Positions 11,950 through 26,100 of a stretch of 64,000 nucleotides of DNA are shown piece after piece. Made by a program: the position numbers and the translations under genes. Under the pieces are notes generated by a model. It worked only from the letters and a program-made list of their open reading frames with translations. It was not told the DNA's origin and did not search any database. Where the stretch lies: NCBI GenBank assembly GCA_905178155.1, contig CAJINV010000005.1:2358054-2422053 (forward strand). The letters are read 5' to 3'. Position 1 is the stretch's first letter. Each line of letters opens with the position of its first letter. This DNA is from Amoebophrya sp. A120 (Eukaryota > Protista > Dinoflagellata).

Positions 11950-13331
11950 CTGCGAGTTGTAGCAAAAATTTTTTTTGCGCTTTTTGCAAGAACTTGAATT
12001 TTGAACGAATAGATTGATTGCGCGTTTTGATGTAACAATCCGGAGTTTAGCAAGTAGTTTGAAGTGGTGCGTCGATAGCCTCGACCACCTTTAAAAACAT
12101 GTATTTTTTACGCAAGAACTGTTTCCTTTTTAGCTTTCCCTTTTCGATTTTTTTTTGCTTACACATTCACACTCTTTCACACCCTTCATATCAATTTCGA
12201 TGATCGAGCTTCAGAAGCGGTTTTTCTGAGGATTCTCGAATTGAATTCATGTCGCCGTACCTTTTTTGCCAGTCATGAACGTCAGTATTTCGTTGACATC
12301 ATGGTGGCATGCTACAGAAGTCGCGCCAGGATTCAGAAGCATAGAAATTTATTTGAAAACCTCACAGCAACATCAAAAATTCAACACCATTCCTGATACG
12401 ATTTTACTTCTGAAGTATGATAGTAGAGACGACCGGCGCTTTAGGAGATCCCGTACTTCCACTTGAAAACTCAATAGTTGTGTACAACTACTTGTCTCTT
12501 TATCAACAAACTTCAGAGCTGAAATTGTACAAGGACTTCGTAAGAATCGAGTGAGGCCTCCTGTGTGGGTGCAACGCACGAAAAAAAAAAAACGCACAGC
12601 AGGCTGCTGCTCTGGATATCCTCCAGGTGTTTAGCAGTCAAGCGCGCTCCGCACAAAGTCGATCGTTGCACCGATGAGACGAGGCACATTTTCTCACACA
12701 TACAGAAGAAAAAGTTAGAAATAGAATGTTTGAAAAACACAAGTAGAGTACAACAAAAGCGTGGTATGAGCTATGTTTTTACCCGTGGCAAAATCCAAAT
12801 ATGAGCAGTAATTTTTTTTGCCGCCTCACAACTTGCGCACACCGATCGCATAAGCAGGAAAAGGCATTGGAAAGATGTCAAAAAACACTCTACTTCCCCC
12901 GCCTGCCGCAGGAGATCGCATACCGACGAATTCGCGCGGGCCTGAGTTCTGTTTTTTTTTTGATGTACATGTTATGGCTTCAATCAACGAATGACGCAAT
13001 ATCCTTTTTTAGTTTCTTCTTGGAGTGAGTAAGCCCTCGAGTGACAATAAACACGACATGAGGGGTTTGAGAAAGAGAAAGAAGTCGAAAATATGTTCTT
13101 CCTGCGGAAGGAGCTCTCAAGAACTACGAGAGAAACCCGAACCCAATGGATGTTGCATGGATTATTGCGCACCACCTGCCATGGTAGATTTTCTCCATGT
13201 TAAGCACCAACATCTCGCGAGATAGATTGTTTCGTCCGACGCAAAAAAAAGCAGCCCCACACTTCTCCACTTTGTTTCGCTAATACGCATGTTGTTGAGA
13301 ACTGCCTCGTCCGCTTCGCGCCTGCCGACAG

Positions 13332-16300
13332 ATGACGATCTTTGCGCTGAGCTTTTCGAGAGCAGCTGCTGCAGCCGCACCGGTGACGTGGCTTCTATAC
13401 CTCTGTGTTCTGGCCGCACAGGAAGGAACTACACCACGCATGGAAGAAGCGTATGCGGCGGACGTGCGGACGGCAAGCATAAACGGAGCAGCAGGGTTTC
13501 ATCATGATGCAATGACCGCTGAGAGCGAAGAAATTTTTGCGACCCCTGGTAGTGCAACAACTACAATGACCAGCAGTGACGACCCCCTGCAGAATAAACA
13601 GGTTGAGCTTTCAGAAGACGCGTCGCAGAAACTACTATTCAGCGGCGAACAGCCTCGAGCTCCACCCCGATCTGATTTTCCACGTCAAGATGAAAGCAGC
13701 GCCGGGTTTTCACGCGAAGAGGAAGAATTTTTACGACTCGAGGAACAAGAAAAGATGAATCACAAGAAGAACGACGGCCACCACGATAGGACGAGTCTGA
13801 AAAGAAGATCAATATCATCCGAGGTCAAGGTGAAGAGCGGGGCGGCTTCATTGGGTCAGGTTTTTCGAGCGAAGAACAACAAGACACGCAGAAGCGCTGC
13901 GAAAAGTGTTAAGTCGTCATCTTCAAGGAGCACTTCGTTTGCTGCCTCATCTGAGGACTCCGAGCAGCGACGAATGAAGTCACTCTTTTCGTTAGAGGGT
14001 ACTGGAAGTACAACAACTATGGCCTTCTCGGATGAATGAACAGTCTGAACTGGAACAATTTGTGACGCTATATGATCATGCGCACGATCTGTCCAGCCAT
14101 AGAAGTGCCACGTCCTCTGTTACGTGACAAATGCATTATACTGTAACCCGTGTCGAGCTCCTTCTCCCTTGAAATTTCAATTTGTCATGCAAAGCTGCTG
14201 CAGCGATTGTTCTGTTTCTGCTTTCATTGCACTTTTTGCAACAAAATAAAATTGGCGTCGATATTGTTTCACTACGGCAGATTGTTCCAGCTGAGGAGAT
14301 CATAGAGGGTCGTAAGAAGGGACAGGAAAACAACAACTTCCGGCGCCGGGAAGCAGAGGTACAAGGAACTCCGACAATTACAACTCCCTATAGGCCTCTG
14401 AATTCGGAAAGGAGCTGCGAGAAGGTTTTATCCAAATGAAAAAAGTAAAGCCTCCAGTAGTTGTGTCCTCGCACCCCAGAAAGGTTTTTAGCATGTCTGT
14501 CAGAACAAGCAGACAAGAACCTGTGTGGTACTGTACTTCGGATAAAAATACTTATTGTTTAATTTGCGTCTTCGAGCCGGCAAATTGAAATTTGTTCCCT
14601 CGTCTTCTTGTATGTGTACGAAAATTTCGCAAAAAGTGCCTCTTTTTTTGGGGGTTGTGGCGACCCGGGGGATTTTTTTTCCGTGTTGATACCGTGCGAC
14701 CGATGCGCTTCCTGGCTTTGGAGTTCCGGAAATATGCACGATCACCAGTACTATGGGAGTGCACAACCTCTCCTCCCCGTAAGTCATTGTGCTGGGGCAT
14801 GAACAGCAATAGCAATGTTACTACTAGTATTACATGGATATTACACAAGCATCGGCAGGAATGCGAGTTTGTTTTGCATGCGAAATTGACACTGCACTGT
14901 AGTGCTGTTCTTTGGGTTGCCAGAAAATCATGCAAACAGTGGCCAGAAGTAAAGACCGGATTCAACATTTTGCATGAGGGACAGCGGCGGTTGCGCACTC
15001 TCATAAGTACTATGATCGGGACTCTACATCTCAGCGGCACAAACTTCTACTACATCGACTGCGACGGCAATGGGCGGTCGGCTGGGTGGGGCTTGGAAAG
15101 CCCGAAGGATGCTACAGGTGTCGCAACAGGCTTCAGAATGCTGGGTGGCTACACCGACAGGGCCGATGGCTTTGACGGCTGGGACAAACCGATCTCGGAG
15201 TACGAGAACTGCGAACCACATGCCATTTACGCGACACAGTATGCAGGAGTGTCGGACTTCACGTACGGGGTGACCAGCTGCGTTACTGGGACTGCGTATG
15301 AAAAGGAAAAATCCCCCCTCCCCATATCAAAAAGGAAATCTGTGATGCTGGATTTGCGTACACAAATCAGATTTGTATTGCAGGAAGGCATTGCGGCCAG
15401 ATTCCCAGGCTAGGGAGGGGCGTATGGATCTAGTTGGTCAGCATTGCAAACGGCTGACCTTTAGGCCCAACAGCATGACAAATCGCTTCCATAATGGGGG
15501 GGAAGCTTCTGCCCTTGTCTTCTTGCAAGACAAATGCGATTTGTGACCTCAAATCAGCAACAGAAATTTTCGGGAAGATACCTTTTCGATATGGGGAGGG
15601 GGGATTTTTCCTCTCAATACTGCGTCCCTCAAACTTCTTATCCTACAGAAAAGCACACTCATACCAGTGCTTCGTGTTGCTGCATTCCATATCCATTCCT
15701 AAAAACGAAATAATGCAAAGACCAAACAGAGAACTCATCCCCATGTTGCATCATGCAGACACGACAATGTTCTACCATGATCTAGCAGACTGCAACTTGT
15801 ATTTTTATTCAGGCTAGTACCCAGCGAGGACAAGGGACGAGGGGCACGAAAAAACTTTGTCATGCTGAACGCCCGGCGAGAAGAAAATAAGGAGAAACCG
15901 CAAGACAGTGAATCTATCTTTTTTTGATACTACGGGTGTGCTTTTGTTTCTTTTCGTTCGATACTTCAAGGCAAGACAAAGTTAAGCGGGGTGGTATGCA
16001 AGAGAAACAAGTTGGCATATTTATATACAACATTTCTCCTACGTCTTTATGATTAAGGTTATGAAACAACTAGGTGATTTTTCAGCAAGAACCGCGAGCT
16101 TGCAGCGTCCTGTTCAGGATAGCATTGAACATGCACAGGTTTCTCGTGTACTTTTGATTTGCATTTGTTCTCTTTTATCCAGCTTCTTTCTCACGAGGCA
16201 TAGGTGAACGGGAACTCCATCCTACACGCCTCGTGCGACAGCGGCTTTCGCCTAATCGCCGGTGGTAGGCGCTGCAAAAATTAATATCATCGTACTAACA

Positions 16301-19300
16301 AGTATGAAACACCACCAAAAAACCTGCACAGACTTTTTCAATAAGCCGAATAAGTAGTTTGTAAGGAAAGCGAAAGATTTATAGGATTAGGAACAACTAC
16401 TTCATCTAGATCAACCGCGCAAAAATATTGTGATTAGTACAAGTACGATACAACTTTGCCAAGGATGCGATCGTGCTGGCGGTCGGACGGAGGCGACACA
16501 GACTCATGCAAGATAAACAGCAGCCACCCGCGTCGCGGCAACCACAATCAGTGGCAGTGCAAAATGGACTGCGATGAATACAACAATAAGGACCTGATGG
16601 GGGTTGCTCTTTGCGTCGCCAAGAATCCAGACGGGATGCTATCCTAGAAGAACTACAGCTACACCCATATAAGCTAAAGTACTCTTGTAACCAAGATGTT
16701 GCGCACGACATAGTAGTATGATTACAAAAAATTACAGTTTTCCTGGTCTACTTTGAAAAGAGTATTAGCTTAGTCTTAGTAGATAGAAGAAAGGTTTCCT
16801 CCTCCTCTTCTTTTTCAGCTTTGACTTCAAGTCGTTGTTTTTCTCTGCCCTGCTTCACGGTCTTTTTCCAGACGCAAACGCATATACCAGAAGAAAAAAT
16901 TGGCGTTGCTGCTTTCCTGTCGCAGAAAACTTTGTGATGCTTATAATCCGCACGACAGGCAATTATCTGTCATTCTAATTGCAGAATTTAATGCAGACCA
17001 GTATGACAAACGTCAAGCTCAAGGTGCCCCGAAAATTTATCCTGCTCTCTCAACAGCCAACAAAAGACCAAAAAAAAGCATGACAGTTTTTCATACTTTT
17101 TGTATGGGTGTCATAGTTTTAGCTGTAGGATAGATGCGGGTACATAAACACAGCGGACCCACCGATGAGTCGGGCGTGCAGAAGATTTGTGCATTGCAAA
17201 TGTGTGGTCTGGGTATGGAACGATACGCCTCGACGTGATGCTTGTGGTCTTGCATTCCTGTAAAATCAGTGTTGCACTACTGGTGAGAACGCGCCGTCTA
17301 GTGCGCACTACGCATCACCAGAAGGGAAGCGTGGTAAAAATTTGTCATGCCTGGCTGCAGTCGGGAGTGTAATGTGAAAGTCCTAGTACGCAATGCACCA
17401 TCGCCGGTTATTTCCAGACCCAGATATATTTGCACTGCACAAGATAGGCTGCCCCGGACATACCGTTCTGGTCGGGGGTGGCTGCGCAGTGCTCGGAATA
17501 TGCATTCCAAACATCCCTGGGTCTGCCAAGTTGATATCACGGTACTGTGATGTATGAAAGAATGGGAGACGCGACTGACCTGAGTAGAGTACGCGGCCAA
17601 GCATGACAAATATTTCAGCGGCCTTGCGGCACGTAACGCGAATGCGAAAAAACATTTTTGCATGACAAAGTAACGGTACCCTTCCGACCACATGTAGTAC
17701 AAATTACGGTGGAGCTCAGAAGTGCTATTATGGAAGTTCAGAATTGCAAGTTTTGCAATCTTTGAGACCCAGACAGATGTGCATTTGATATGGAAGTGGC
17801 AACTACATTTCCAAAGCTACACTACAGATGAGCCAAGGCAAATGGAAGTACGTCTGCACACCAAAGGAGACAAGTCTGGGCGTGGTGCCCTATGCCATCT
17901 GCCTCACTCCCAAGCTGACCTGCGCCGAGTGGCAAACGGTGCCGAACACGAGCTGCGGTGCCGGCAAGTGCAAGGATGGGGGCAAAAACCTCGACTACTG
18001 TAGCGCACACGTGAAAAACAACGCTAACAAAGACTACCCGCTAGATATCAGAAACACCGGGTCGCTGGACTGCCGTGACGTCGACGACGCCGCTGCGCAG
18101 TGCTGCTCTCCCTGCCAGTGCCTATACATCGCAAATATGTCTTCAGGGTCTGGAAGGGAGACTTGTACTGCTGAATTGTGGATGATGGAAGTAGCACGTC
18201 CCAGTGCTGCAGCCAGCCTTGACAAGTTCCTGGGACGCAGTATCATGATTTGTAGCGGGGGGAACTACATTGCGGCATAAAGGGAGCACATCTGTGTGCT
18301 GGGTAGCCGTACAGATTTTGCAGTGACGTTAAACAGGCATACTTAGTTGCAAGTTCGACCCAAACAAGTTTCCCACGTATAGTGCCGGTGCCCTAGCAAC
18401 GGCGCCGCGGCAACGGGGAACGCCTGCAGCACGGGGACGCTGATTACCAGCCCAAAGGCGGAAGTGTGTGGGACCTGTGACGCCGGGTATGAGACGAAGA
18501 ACAAAGGTAAGAACAGCAACAACCAACAGGTCGATTATCAAGTCGTCCACTGCGTACCGAAGCAGTGTGAGTGCACGAATGGGAACCTGCCGGCCACAGT
18601 CACCACCCAAGTCAACACCGACTTCGGCACGGTATCGCAGGCCACGTGCGACTACGCGGGAGAACAGAACTGCGTGAGCTGCCACGACGGGTACCATTTG
18701 GAGCGTGTGACAACAAACCAAGGTAGCAGATAGTGCAAAATCCCCTCGGACCTCATTTGAAGCAAAAGCATGAACAGCATATAGAAGCACTGGCCAGCAT
18801 GCAGCCTGTTGTGCATGACAAGTTTTCATGAGCGGACTCAAGTACCGTTTGGCTTTGGACGTGTTCAGTAGAAATTTGCCGTACAAACAGTGCCACCAGG
18901 CAACAGCTGGACTTTGCATTTATTTGCGTGATAAATGTAGTATCATGGGAGCGAGGGAGACTTGTGCACTCGCATACCTGGCGGCGGTGCGGAGTTCCAG
19001 TCTTTCGCTTGTGTGGAAAATCAGTGCACCTATCAAAAGGAAAAACCACCCCTCCCCATATCAAAACGAAGCGTCTGACGCTGGACTTGCGTACTTAGAC
19101 AAATTAGGTTAGTGTCGCCGTAGAGGACTGTAGGCCCATACCAAGCGTGACTAGAGAGGGTTTCTTCGAGGCACTTAGCTTGAGAAGCGTCTGTGCTGTA
19201 GGCCCAACACCAGCATCACAAACCGCCTGCATAGTGCGGCGGAGCCTGTGGAGTTGTTACCCTCTTGGCCTTCTTGCAAGACAGAGACGATTTGTGGCCG

Positions 19301-22255
19301 CAGATCAGTATCGCGAATTTTCTGCGGCTTGCCTTTTCGTCGATGTGGGGAGCAGGGGGGGCTTTCCCTTATGATAGTGCCTGCCCCTGGCCCTCGAACG
19401 CCCCGGATTCGGCGAAAACACTGGGCGAGGACCCGCCCTATCAAATGCAAAAATGTCTGGGTCTGGAAGAGTGCGAGTTTGTCATGCTTGTCTGGCATGA
19501 CTCGAGAATCTGTGTTGCATAGGCACGAAAGAGCCCTCTTAACTGTCATGCGAAAATGGAGTTTGCCATGCGGAATACGTAAGACATGGCAGCCACAAAA
19601 TTTGTCATGCATAGCTGCGTATTGCGGCGCGTCTATCATTCACTTTTAGCATTACAAGTTTCCAGACCCAGACATTTTTGCATTTCATACGCCCCAAGCG
19701 GGAACGACACAGAAAAACGTGGATTGTCTGGTGCATGGAACGGGGAGCTGCAGTGAGTGCAAAAACGGGTTTGAATTTAACCAGACCACGAAGCTGTGCG
19801 ACTGGAAGGTGTGCACCTGCGAGGGCGGCGTGGGTGCGGAGGGGACAGAGTGCAGGCACGTCGGGGCAAGCAGCTGTTCGAGTTGCGAGGAAGACTTTTT
19901 TTTCTTCGACCGAAAAAGTGCAGAGCCCTCGGAGACGGAGATGATCTGCCGACGCAAGTGCAGTGCGCTGGTTGCTATGTCAGATGCAAAAAAGTATGTC
20001 TGGGTCTGACACAGACTGGTTTGGTCATGCTTCAGTGGCAACGGCACATCATGGCTTTAGAATTCGATACAGCGCCGCTTGCTCTTGTTTCTGTTGCAAA
20101 AAATCAAGAATCCTGGGACTTCTCGTGGTCATGAGGAAAACGTAAGACAACGTTCCCATCCCGAAAAAAAATTTCTATGCGTGGTGGCTGTCTATAGTAT
20201 CGAAGTCTGTAGTTAAATCATCAACATCATCCACGACTTCTCTTTGGTCGATGATTCTAAACCCCGACGCACACGTGATCCTAGCCGGGCCGGCTGATGA
20301 AGACGCGCCGGCAGATGAAGACGGAGAGGGTAGAGCTGAGGACGAGGAGGAGGCCATCGATGCTGGCAGTGGTGCATCCTCTTCTTTCAGTAGCACCTCC
20401 GTGCAGCTAATCAGGTCGGAAAAGCAAGAAGAGTATCAAGATCATACTCGCGGGACTAGAGTTGTACTAGACGACAGCACCACAGCGACGAGCCAGCTCG
20501 GCGGGGTGTCCTCTGGTGTCAAAAATAAGGGAGCACTACAAGTGCAGGAAGGGCATCCGCATCGGCGCAAGGACTACGAGGAGCAGCACAAAAGAAAGAG
20601 AGCAAAAACAGCAAGTCACACAACAAGCACGTCCGAAATACTACAAGCTGGAACATCTACTTCGCACCAGCTACAGAGCGAAAGCAGAAACAATTTGAAT
20701 CTAGCAGCGGAGCCCGCAGCTGGGGAGGCGGCAGTGTTTGGGCAGGTAGGAAGCGGAGTAAGCACGACGTCCCCAGCTCCTCATAGTACAAGTCGAAAAG
20801 TTCATCTGGGAACCCCGTAGGTATGACAAACTTTGACCGCAGAAGTCGTGCTCGACCTCCTTGGCTATGCCGCATCTTATCCTGGATTTCTATTTTTCAG
20901 CATCTATGTTCTAGATTTCGGTTTAGCATCTTCAAAAATTAACGCTCTTATCCTGTGTTACGAGCATGACTAGATCCAAAACACGACTAGAAAATCTTCC
21001 TCACGGAACTGCGATTGAGAGATGACTGGGTCCGGGACGATTACATGCAGATTTACATGACAAATACGGAACAACGGGGACGGTTTTGCACCGCATAGCA
21101 GGAGCAGTTTGTCAATGACGTGTGTACCAAGGACACGGAGACGCTCACCACAAATGGGACGGCGCTCTGCAAAGCGGCGACTTGCACCAAAACCGACGAC
21201 GCGGAAGCCTGTTGCGACCCGGTTCCGGAATATCAAATGTAAAAGTGTCTGGGTCTGGAAGATTAGAACTTGTCATGCTAAATCCGAGTGATGCAAAAAT
21301 CTGTGTTGCGTGAGTACCAAAAGCTGTCCGCTATTGACCAAGTTGAGAGGGAGTTTCTCATGCAGGAAAGGCATGATAGAGACCTCAAAAAATATGTCAT
21401 GCTGGGTCTCGCATTCCAGACCTCATGGGTCATGGAAAACCTGCATCACAAATCTTGCATTCTTCCAGACCCAGACATTTTTACACTTGATACGGAAGCA
21501 AAAAAGGAAGAAGACGAGGAGGACGCTGCGGTGGCTGCCGCAACGGCCGCGGGGTATCAAATGCACAAATGTCTGGGTCTGGAAGGTTGGAACTTGTGAT
21601 GCTAAATCTGGATTATGAAAAAATTTGTGTTGCATAACTGGCAAAAGCTGTCCGCTTTTGACCAAGTTGGGAGTGAGTTTGTCATGCAGGATAGGCATGA
21701 TACAGTCTCACAGAATCTGTCATGCTCGATCCTGCATTTCAGACCCCCTGCGTCATGTTGAACCTGCATGACAAATCTGGCAATCATCCAGACCCAGACA
21801 TTTTTGCAATCCATACGGGGAGCAAGATCGCAATGTTAGGAGTGCTACGTATAATGCAAATATCGATCTGGGTCTGAAAAGAAAAAGAATTTGTGATGTC
21901 GAGCTGTGGATAAGGAAAGCAAAAGCATGATATCTTGTACTGAAGCGGCCAAGCATCAGCATGAGAAGGTTCGCTCTGCACCCTTCATGCGTGGTAGATA
22001 GTAGAGTGCGCATTGCAGCATTTTGCTCTCTCTTGCAGGGTGACAATCGCTTTTATTGGTCCTCAGGCTCTACAGAAATGGGTTCGACGGGTATTAAGAT
22101 GAAGTAAGACCAGCATTTTTGCAAGTGTCACTTTCTCTTTCATTCGGATGCGGCTCGATATAATTCGCAGGGGATAAGTGCCCGTGGCGATAGGGGTGTT
22201 CGCGTACGTGGCTTTCAATGCGGAGGGTGCGGACGACCCGGGGGTGCAGTATTAG
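13332..22255 (+). CDS. Large cysteine-rich secreted/surface protein with a C-terminal TM segment; many exons, several junctions unresolved
   Basis: Hydrophobic N-terminus (MTIFALSF...WLLYLCVLAAQ). Cys-rich exons include CQCRCPSNG...CGTCDAGY, CECTNG...CVSCHDGY and CTCEGG...CSSCEEDF. The last exon reads VPVAIGVFAYVAFNAEGADDPGVQY*. Frames rejoin after removal of elements at 14752, 17499, 18123, 19031, 19439, 21231 and 21555. It may be more than one gene. Confidence 0.5.
14752..15005. mobile_element. Family G element, 254 bp; opposite orientation to the 45579 copy
   Basis: TIR tatg(g/a)gagtgc(a/g)caac; direct repeat agtac; removal gives ICTITSTMIG. Confidence 0.85.
15297..15619. mobile_element. 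Family D element, 323 bp
   Basis: TIR tat-N5-ggaaaaatcccccctccccatatc; direct repeat ctgcg. Confidence 0.92.
15639..15963. mobile_element. Degenerate TAT...ATA element (family J)
   Basis: Residual TIR (tatc...aaaagcacac); imperfect repeat cttct/cttca. Confidence 0.5.
16640..17132. mobile_element. Degenerate TAT...ATA element (family J), 493 bp
   Basis: TIR tatccta...acacccata at both ends; direct repeat gatgc; internal 9-mer remnants. Confidence 0.7.
17499..17790. mobile_element. Degenerate family A element, 292 bp
   Basis: ctgggtct / agacccag cores; repeat cggaa/tggaa; removal joins the ORF 17828 frame. Confidence 0.75.
18123..18381. mobile_element. Degenerate family A element, 259 bp
   Basis: TAT/ATA ends; direct repeat gtgcc; removal gives PCQCRCPSNG. 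Confidence 0.78.
19031..19376. mobile_element. Family D element, 346 bp
   Basis: D TIRs; decayed repeat gcacc/gtgcc; removal gives ENQCTCP. Confidence 0.8.
19439..19689. mobile_element. Family A element, 251 bp
   Basis: A TIRs; direct repeat cgccc. Confidence 0.93.
21231..21492. mobile_element. Family A element, 262 bp
   Basis: A TIRs; direct repeat cggaa. Confidence 0.95.
21555..21815. mobile_element. Family A element, 261 bp
   Basis: A TIRs; direct repeat cgggg. Confidence 0.95.
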
Positions 22256-23147
22256 TGGACATGTCGTGCACGTATCACCCGGTTGGTTACAAGACTTTCT
22301 GAAACTGCTGTGTGATTGAGAAAAAGACGGAAGCTGTCTGATGAGCCATGTTGTCCGACACTTGTTGGAAGGAGTAGGACTCCATTCAGTTCTTCTTCTT
22401 TCATCTTCATGCCAACAGGCGTCCGCCTACGCAATTCGTGGCTTTTTCGTAGACGAATTCTATTTGTGCCTGCAGTTGGTGAAGAAAAAACACGGACATG
22501 GAAACCCCATGGCGGGGGCCTCGTGGCGTGAAGAAAGCCCCGCTGCGAGGAAAGGACACAAAAAAGAGGACAAGCTGAGTTCGTTGCTTCAGAAACCACT
22601 TCCAGCCTTTTTTTTGAAGTACTTGCATCACGACCCGCTTCATTTTTGGAGCGACATCCTCGAGCGATAGAGACTGCACGAGGCGGAGAAAGCCGAAAAT
22701 ATGTGCAAGCAGCTTTCAACAGTGAGAGGAGCTCACTGTTGCCCGCCGAGCCGCGGCCTCTTGATTTATTTGTCCGTGTCATGTAGCACCTCACGACGTA
22801 GAGGACGCACATCACATGTATCTTTTTCGACGCTAGTACAACGAGTTACGTTTACGACGGATGATGAAAAAAAACTAGTACAGAGGTTGGTACTTTCACC
22901 GTCTGTGACAGTGAGCTCACATCAAAGCGCGGCTTCTTTTCTACCGATGTTATTTTGACGGAAAGATGGTACGTACAAGGTAAATTAGAATTAGTTTATC
23001 ATACCGTAACCACGACGAGGCAGAGGTGGTTTTCCGACATATTCTGAAGCACAAGCTCATGATGGAGACGGTTTTCAAGTTGAACAAATGAATAAAGTCC
23101 GGGACGACCGGAAGAACATAAGTGATGAACCACTTTCGTTTTCTTAG

Positions 23148-26100
23148 CCTGGAGCTGCTACTGCTGCTTGTGTTGGTGTTATCTACGTGGACGCAGTAGA
23201 AGCTGCACTTGGGCAGGAGGATGAACTTGCAGCGTCTATAATTTCAGAAAGACTTCTACGGACGCGGAGCGACGGGTCCGTTCTTCATTCCTTTCTTTTC
23301 AGAACAAAAGGAAAAAGCGACCATCAAAACCTGCACCAGTTTTTTACCTTGACGGCTGAAGAAAAAGAAGCTACAAGCACCAGGGCCTGCTGCTGCACCA
23401 GGAAGCAGAGAATGTCTTGTTTCAATTGCTGCGGGAAAAAGCCGAACAGTAGCTCCTCGTCGCTGCCTATCAAACGTAAAAATGTCTGGGTCTGGAAGGT
23501 GGCAACTTGTGATGCTGTCTTTGGATTCCAAAAAGATCTGTCTTGCATGACTAGCAAAAGGAGTCCAGTTTGTGCTACACGGGGAGGGCATTTCTCATGC
23601 GGAACAAGCATCAGGAAGCCTGAAAATCTGGGATGCTAGGGCGTGCAGTACAGGCGTCATTGGTCATGCAAAATATGTATGACAAACCCGGCAACATTCC
23701 AGACCCAGATACTTTTGCATTTGATACCGCCGTCGGCCGAGAAAAATGACTCCCGTACGACGAGAACGGGCGGCAGCGCGGGAGGGGACTCTTACGACAC
23801 TTCGAAAGACCAAACCGCGCAGGATGCGCTGGACGTGCGGATTCAAATTATTGACACGGATGGGGGGCTCCAGGGGGTAAAACGGGACAAACTGTTTCCT
23901 GGAAATGCTGTTGACAATTGTTTTCTCTCGAGTGCTCCTGTGTTGATGGCATCATATGCATATGATTTGTGATGAGTGAAAAATCGAAGAAATTGTATTA
24001 CTGCTGTTTGTTGAACTAATTCAAGTTCAAATCTGAAGCGTAACGTACTTCCGAAATTATAGAAATGAAAATTCCTCCAGGCCAATGACCCCTATAATCG
24101 CCGCACCACGACAGACGACTTTACCGCTAGTGACCACGACCTGACCGTCAGCCGGATTCCCAGTTTCGTGTCTGCGGTGGAGCATATTTCTCAACAGACT
24201 GGATTGCCGCCGATATCATGAGGAAAAATGCCCCCTCCCCATATCGAAACGAAGTTTCTGATGCTGGATTTCCATACACAAATCAGATTTGTCTTGCAGT
24301 AGAGGAATGCAGGCATATGCCAAGCCTCAGCCGAGAGGTTTTGACGTAGGCGCCTAGCATGACAAACGTGCATGCTCTGAGCCAAACAGCATCACAAACC
24401 GCCTGAAAAATGCGGAACGCTTTCTGTACTTGCCTTCTTGCAAGACAGACAGGATTTGAGGTCACAAATGCGCATCACAAATTTTCAGACGGATACGGTT
24501 TCGATATGGGGAGGGGGGATTTTTCCTTTTGATAACCGACTCGTGATCATCCTACAACTAGAACTAGCGCAGGAGCACGAGTAGATCATCCGCATCTCCA
24601 GCCACCACCACCAGCAGGACACCTACGGCAAGAAACAACTACGTCCACTTTTTTCTACCAGCCGACGCGGTCTCACTTCAGTTCAGCCTCCGGCGCCTCC
24701 TCGTCGCACGGCGGGGAGCAGCATCGCGGCACGCGGCCCGGAGGAACGCAACTTGAGGTGGACCAGCAAAGCCAGCAGGAGACCTTCTACACTGCAGCAG
24801 GGGCGGGAGCTGCATCCTCTACCGCCGGAACCACGCAAAGAACAGCAAATTACTATCAAGGCGCCACGAGTTCTAGTTCTGCTTCTTTCAGAGACGGCGG
24901 GACGAATAAAGGTAGTGCGGCTGCTGGTACAACTAGTACTATCAACAACGCCACGGCCGAGAACCGGTCGAACCGAAGCTACAGTATCAGCCTCGCGAGC
25001 AGCGCCAGCGGTTTTCCGGGGGAGAAGAAGGCGCCTGCGCCGGGAGCAGCCAGTATTGGTGCTGGGGGATCAACTACACCAGGACGAGGAGGAGCCCAGG
25101 AATTTGTACTTCTAGACCCCCAGCTGCATACTAATTCGATCGCGGGCACAACGAATAAGTCTTCGCCCAGCAACAGCCCCAGCAGTCTGTATTACAGTTA
25201 CCGCGATAAGGAACTGCAGGAGGAGATCGAACACCAGCAGAATCTTCTACACAACCCGCCCCGGCGGCGCTCCCTCTCCGTGAAGCTCCGAGAGGGTTTG
25301 GGGCTGGTCACGAAGTCGGTCAGCACCACGGCCACGCTCCAATCGGTCATCTCGTCCGGGGAAGAAGAGGACTTCGGTTTTGGTGAGGTGAAGAAGAAAC
25401 GACGAAAGTTCGCGTTCGCCCGGTGGTTCCGGAAGAAACGGATCAGCAAGGAGGACAAGGCGAAAAATTTCCGATTTTGGCAGGAAATGCAGGAGAAGCG
25501 GCTGAAGCAGGGGAATCCGAACGTGGTGTTGGATTACCGATGGCTCAAACCACTGCTGGACGTGTTAAACGCCGACGCGGGCGACGCGAGTGTGGATTTG
25601 CAGTTGAATAAGTCCTTCGCCAGTGGGTGTTACCCCCTGTTTCTGTTCGCCGGCGCGTGCCCATCGGGAATCACCAAGTCGATGCAAGCGATACTGTTCG
25701 TGTACAAGTTTCCAACCGCCTCCTCGAGCGGGAGCGGAACCACCAGGCGGCACAGCCTGACCAAGGGCAGGGGCTTGATGGGAAACAAAGGCGGAAAGGA
25801 AGTCGCCGCTGGAATACCTGGCGGTAGGTGTGATTCGTTCGTCGTATTTATTACTTGATCACGACCACGACGTAGTTGCTACGTCAATTTTCTATGCATG
25901 GTATTGATAGATCTTCTTGTTGTATTTCTTTCTCATGCTGGTAAGAAAAGATAAGAAATCGGTGAAGAACTTCATTAAAGAACTTCACAACTACTCGTAT
26001 CACTATCAGGTGGCACTATCGAGTTTTGGTGGGTGAAGCCCGCGGACAAAACGAATAGCACCCTGGATTTGAACCTTTGCCAGCTCCATACCAGTGGGAA

